Shown here: in pieces, positions 60,484-64,000 of the stretch
How the letters are laid out: each line of letters opens with the position of its first letter
Numbering within the stretch: the stretch's first letter is position 1
Assembly (NCBI GenBank): GCA_965226795.1
Contig: CBDDDZ010000005.1
Location: 512,001-576,000 of the forward strand
Source: Candidatus Latescibacterota bacterium
Lineage (GTDB): Bacteria; Latescibacterota; UBA2968; GCA-2709665
Length of the DNA: 64,000 bases
Direction: 5' to 3'
Position numbers and translations under genes: made by a program
The notes under the pieces: generated by a model
Databases searched by the model: none
Told to the model about the DNA's origin: nothing
Seen by the model: the letters and a program-made list of their open reading frames with translations, nothing else

Positions 60484-60987
60484 CTAGGCGCCGTTTTCGT
60501 CAGGTCCGGCCGAGGGACCCGCCCCGGGGGTCGCGGCACTGCGTAAACGGAGCCAGATCGCGCGGATCAGCATCGGAATTCCGACCAGGACCAGAAATGG
60601 AGCGAGGGCGTAGATGACCACCATATGAGGGCCGAGCAATCCGCCTACCAGACTGAACAGAACCGCAAGCGGGGTCGCCACCGCCAATCCAACCAGTAAC
60701 AAAATGCGCGGGGTTCCGCCAACGCCCCTCAACAGGCGTTGCGCCAGCAATCCGATCAGGGTACCGGCGATAAAGAACAGGATCAATCCGGAAAGGATGC
60801 CCGGAATCGCAACGAGCAACCCATATGGGTTCGCGTCATCCATCGTACCGAAGCGAATTACGGCGATCAGCACCTGAAGAATGCATAATCCCAGGCCGAA
60901 CCACACCGGCATCTTCCAGTAGTCCCACGAGCGGCGGTTCGGAGCTTCCGTTTGACCACCAGCGGCGTTTCCTGCAACGTATTCCAT
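60484..60987 (-). CDS. Hypothetical membrane protein (4 TM)
   Basis: Hydrophobic segments; GGAGG RBS. Confidence 0.7.
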   Translation of the reverse strand: MEYVAGNAAGGQTEAPNRRSWDYWKMPVWFGLGLCILQVLIAVIRFGTMDDANPYGLLVAIPGILSGLILFFIAGTLIGLLAQRLLRGVGGTPRILLLVGLAVATPLAVLFSLVGGLLGPHMVVIYALAPFLVLVGIPMLIRAIWLRLRSAATPGAGPSAGPDENGA

Positions 60988-61098
60988 GACGATGTTCCTC
61001 CGTTAAATCCGATCGAACGTCAGCGAGGTCTTCCATCGAAGAAGCGCAAGTCCCGCCTGTCGATCCGCCCGAAGTGTAAACGGAATACCCTCATTCTT

Positions 61099-61250
61099 TC
61101 ACTTTAACTGGAAATTGAAGCAGGTATCCGGATTGGGTTCTTTTACTAGCGTATAGTGCCACCATTCCTTGTCGCAATTTACAAGACCGTGCGCTTCCAT
61201 CAACGTCTTCAGTAGCTGACGGTTGCATTTTTTTTGCTCCGTGATCCGGG
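61099..61250 (-). pseudogene. C-terminal remnant of D-Ala-D-Ala dipeptidase (VanX/DdpX, M15)
   Basis: NRQLLKTLMEAHG...KEWWHYTL..EP.PDT.FNF. Confidence 0.8.
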
Positions 61251-61306
61251 AAAGTGAACCTTTACCCGCCGGCGTGCGCCTTGCAGGGTAGAGGAAAGGC
61301 GATCGA

Positions 61307-62580
61307 ATGACCAATCAAGGCGACCAACAATTGGCGACGCTGGTGCGGGAGGGCAACGAGGCCGCATTTGTTACCCTTATCCGACGCTACGAGCGCGTCA
61401 TGGCGGGGCTGATCCGCTCCCGGATCGGTTCCGGCGAACAGGTGCAGGACGTATTGCAGGAAACCCTGGTCCACGCCTGGGGCGGTCTGCGCCGGGAACC
61501 CCCCGCGACGTGCGTCCGTGGTTGCTGCAGGTAGCCCGAAACCGATGTCGCGACTACTTCAGGTCGCCCCAACGCCGCGAATTGTACGTCCGGACCGAAG
61601 CCCTGGCGCGTCTGGTCAATCGTCTAGGTATCGCGCAATCACGGCAACACGAAGCCGCCGAGTCCATCGTGGAGGCCATGGACGAAGTACCCGATATAGA
61701 GCGGGCCGCCCTGCGGGCGTTTTATCTGGACGGTTTGAGCATTGCAGAAATCGCCGCCCGGCACCGATGTCCGGACGGCACGGTCAGGCGCCGGCTCTCG
61801 TACGGGCGCGACCGAATCCGAAAGACATTGGGTATCACCCCAAAGACGAGGAAGACCGACATGGAAGCAAGACATCAAGACTTTCCGCGATATCGCCCCG
61901 ACATTCGCATTCGTTCCCTCGTGGAGAAATCCTTCCGTATCGATTTCAAGGAAATGGTCTGGTGGTTCGTCCTGCCGGAAGCCGGCGACCGGGTCGGCTA
62001 TGGCTCGTACGACGGCGAAAAAGACGACAACGCGCCCTGGCGCCTGTTCAAAACGGTCTGGCTGACCGTCCGGCGGCCGGCGGTGATCCACGGACGACCC
62101 TGTGTGGAGGTCGAGGTGGAGGAAGAGGTGGAGGAAGAGCCTGCCGGAAAGACGTCCTCCGGAGAAAAGAGCCGCATCACGAAGGTTTGGGGGCGGCTGA
62201 CGGATGACGAGGTGGAGTGGATCGCCGTAGAATCGAAAAAGGCCGACGACGTGAGAGAACTGACGACGTTTCTGGATGAAGGATTCCACGACGACTGGTG
62301 GGGTTCACCGCGGGTGGTCGAGGACTGCGGATGCTTGTCCGAACGGGCTGATGGCACCTGGGTCTGACAGCCAAATGCCCCCGCCCTCACAGGCGCGGGC
62401 GTTTTCGACGTCCACGTCGGCGGTCGTCAGTTCACCTGTTTGCGCGTCTTTGAAGTCAAGAAAAACGCCACTGAGCGAGACGTTCTGATTGAGGCATATA
62501 TCACCCGCGCGGGACGTACGGTCCTGTTCCGGCGATATAGTGGAAGCCGCTGGAGCAAGCGCGACGCCCCGTCGCCCGCC
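61307..62580 (+). pseudogene. ECF sigma factor with C-terminal extension; frameshift at C6 run (61499-61504) and in-frame TGA at 62365
   Basis: DQQL..LVREGNEAAF..LIRRY...DVLQET, then WLLQVARNRCRDYFR...LSIAEIA...GTVRRRLSYGR. Confidence 0.82.
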
Positions 62581-62601
62581 ATGAGATACAACACGGTTCG
62601 T

Positions 62602-63178
62602 CTATTGCACGCGACGGTAGGTCATGGTGTGAGACATCGTCTTCTTGCCTTGATCGTACATCGACCAGGTCTGCGACATTTCCTCCGAACCGTCGAAGGC
62701 GATCGAGACGGCGTGCATGTGCGGCTCGTCGGGCGAATCGAGAGAGCCGTCAACCAGTTCCCAACGTGAGCACCCCGTCCGTGGAACCGGTCAGGCTCAT
62801 TTGCGGCTGATTGCCGAGCGCGCAATAGTGGGTCATCCACAACTTGCCGCCCCGGTCGTGGTACACGGAGATCATCTCTTTTGGGGTATCGGGGAAGTTG
62901 CGCTCTACGATCACGCTGCCGTTGGCGGCCACCCGGTACTCGGTTGCCACCTTGTTCATCGCGCTCTTCTTGCCTTCGGATCCCCCGCCCCCGGGCATCG
63001 GCATCTCCGACTCCCAGCGCCCTGCAAGCGATTTCAGGCGCTCGAAATCGGGCGATCCCATGTATGCCTGCGGATGCGTGCCGTCCTCTCCTTTGGGCGT
63101 CCCTCCGTCTTCACCGGCAAATACCGAAAAAGCGGCGGTTGCGAGCAGAACTGTCATAACGAGCGTAAGTCTCTTCAT
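62602..63178 (-). pseudogene. Secreted lipocalin-like hypothetical protein, 1-bp frameshift near 62761
   Basis: Signal peptide; FERLKSLAGRW, MTHYCALGNQP; continues in another frame as ELVDGSLDSPDEPHMHAV...TYRRVQ*. Confidence 0.7.
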
Positions 63179-63371
63179 TTTAATCACTCCTTAATAGTAG
63201 GGACGTCTTCGGTTAAAGCCGCCTCCCTGCATGGACACGGGATGGAGTACGGCAATTCGTTATAGGATTCACAGAAACCGATTCACATTGAAGCTTATTA
63301 TGTTTCGATGAATATCGGCATAATCCGGACTTCGAGGCTAGCGAGAAATTATGGCTCCGTTATCGAATAGG

Positions 63372-64000
63372 ATGAATTTTTCCATTTATACGATTTTGAT
63401 CATGCTCATCTGGTATTTGGTTGGTTATTGGGGCAATATACTTGCCTCTGATGAAGTGCATGGTGATCCACATCCGATTCTGAACGAGGGCTCATTATCA
63501 GACAGTCGACTTACCGAAGGATTCAAAGAACTTATTTACTTGGAGGCTTATCCCCACCATTCCTTTGATACTGATTCGATGGACGTTCGTGTAGGTTTTT
63601 GGCGACTATCCGAGACCGATTCAGCTCTAGCGGTACACGTCGACTCGATATTGGTGGAACAGGAAAAGATAGGCGACATCGAGCAGCAGATTTATTCTCT
63701 ACGTCTCGACGTCTATCGTCCGCCACCATCGGAACGCTTGATTTTCTCAAGCCAAATACCTTTTCACGTTTCGCCGATGAGGTTTTCCATTCCAACCGCT
63801 GGACTTGAGGGTGTCTATCTTGCCAGGCCACGCGTTATTGACCCTTCTGGAAATACACACCAAATCTGGTACTCGCCAGAGGTTGAAGGCGAGAAACCGT
63901 ATTCTCCAACTATTTTCCTAGGAATTCATCGCGGCCGCGACTATGTGATGGAGTCTGTTACGGATTCGACCACACCAGAATTCACCAGGCTGAAAGTAGT
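63372..64000 (+). CDS. Hypothetical exported protein, lower GC, runs off window edge
   Basis: Hand translation MNFSIYTILIMLIWYLVGYWGNILASDEV... is open to 64000. Confidence 0.65.
   Translation, partial: MNFSIYTILIMLIWYLVGYWGNILASDEVHGDPHPILNEGSLSDSRLTEGFKELIYLEAYPHHSFDTDSMDVRVGFWRLSETDSALAVHVDSILVEQEKIGDIEQQIYSLRLDVYRPPPSERLIFSSQIPFHVSPMRFSIPTAGLEGVYLARPRVIDPSGNTHQIWYSPEVEGEKPYSPTIFLGIHRGRDYVMESVTDSTTPEFTRLKV

Noticed and set aside
1..64000. CRISPR array, tRNA or rRNA
   Set aside because: No regularly spaced direct repeats with unique spacers, no cloverleaf with a T-loop, and no rRNA motifs seen by eye

Overview
GC-rich bacterial chromosomal window. The C-terminal 'GDFDGDGDVDFTDF' domain and the mix of RM, TA and MITE content suggest a Latescibacterota-like, possibly host-associated lineage; this is inference only. 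Housekeeping blocks lie at 0-5.3 kb (M42 peptidase, Gfo/Idh/MocA, PolX), 21.8-24.2 kb (SDR, nth, DksA-like) and 37-51 kb (aldolase, HhH-GPD, dusB, larB, SSS transporter, DmpA, GT2-radical SAM-GT2, galactonate-dehydratase-like). Three accessory zones alternate with them. (1) 5.4-21.75 kb is a defence hotspot: HEPN protein, single-chain type IIG-like RM enzyme, duplicated hicB(A), ImmA/IrrE, SWIM protein, stranded 3' tails of RM and SWIM genes, and a recurring junction repeat. (2) 24.3-37 kb holds a WYL regulator, a perfect ATACGAC-N7-GTCGTAT palindrome and an unusual three-module AAA ATPase, then phage-like orphans, a truncated group IIC intron after a hairpin, and a RelE-like TA pair. (3) 52-64 kb has TA pairs, pseudogenes and a structured repeat family with covarying stems and a constant-length variable loop. 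Several MITE and REP families occur, some nested. No tRNA, rRNA, CRISPR array, integrase or transposase was recognised. The best candidates for an undescribed system are the WYL-operator-triple-AAA module, the structured repeat family, and the recurrent 'cargo between duplicated gene ends' architecture. All family assignments come from motif recognition by eye, without database searches.
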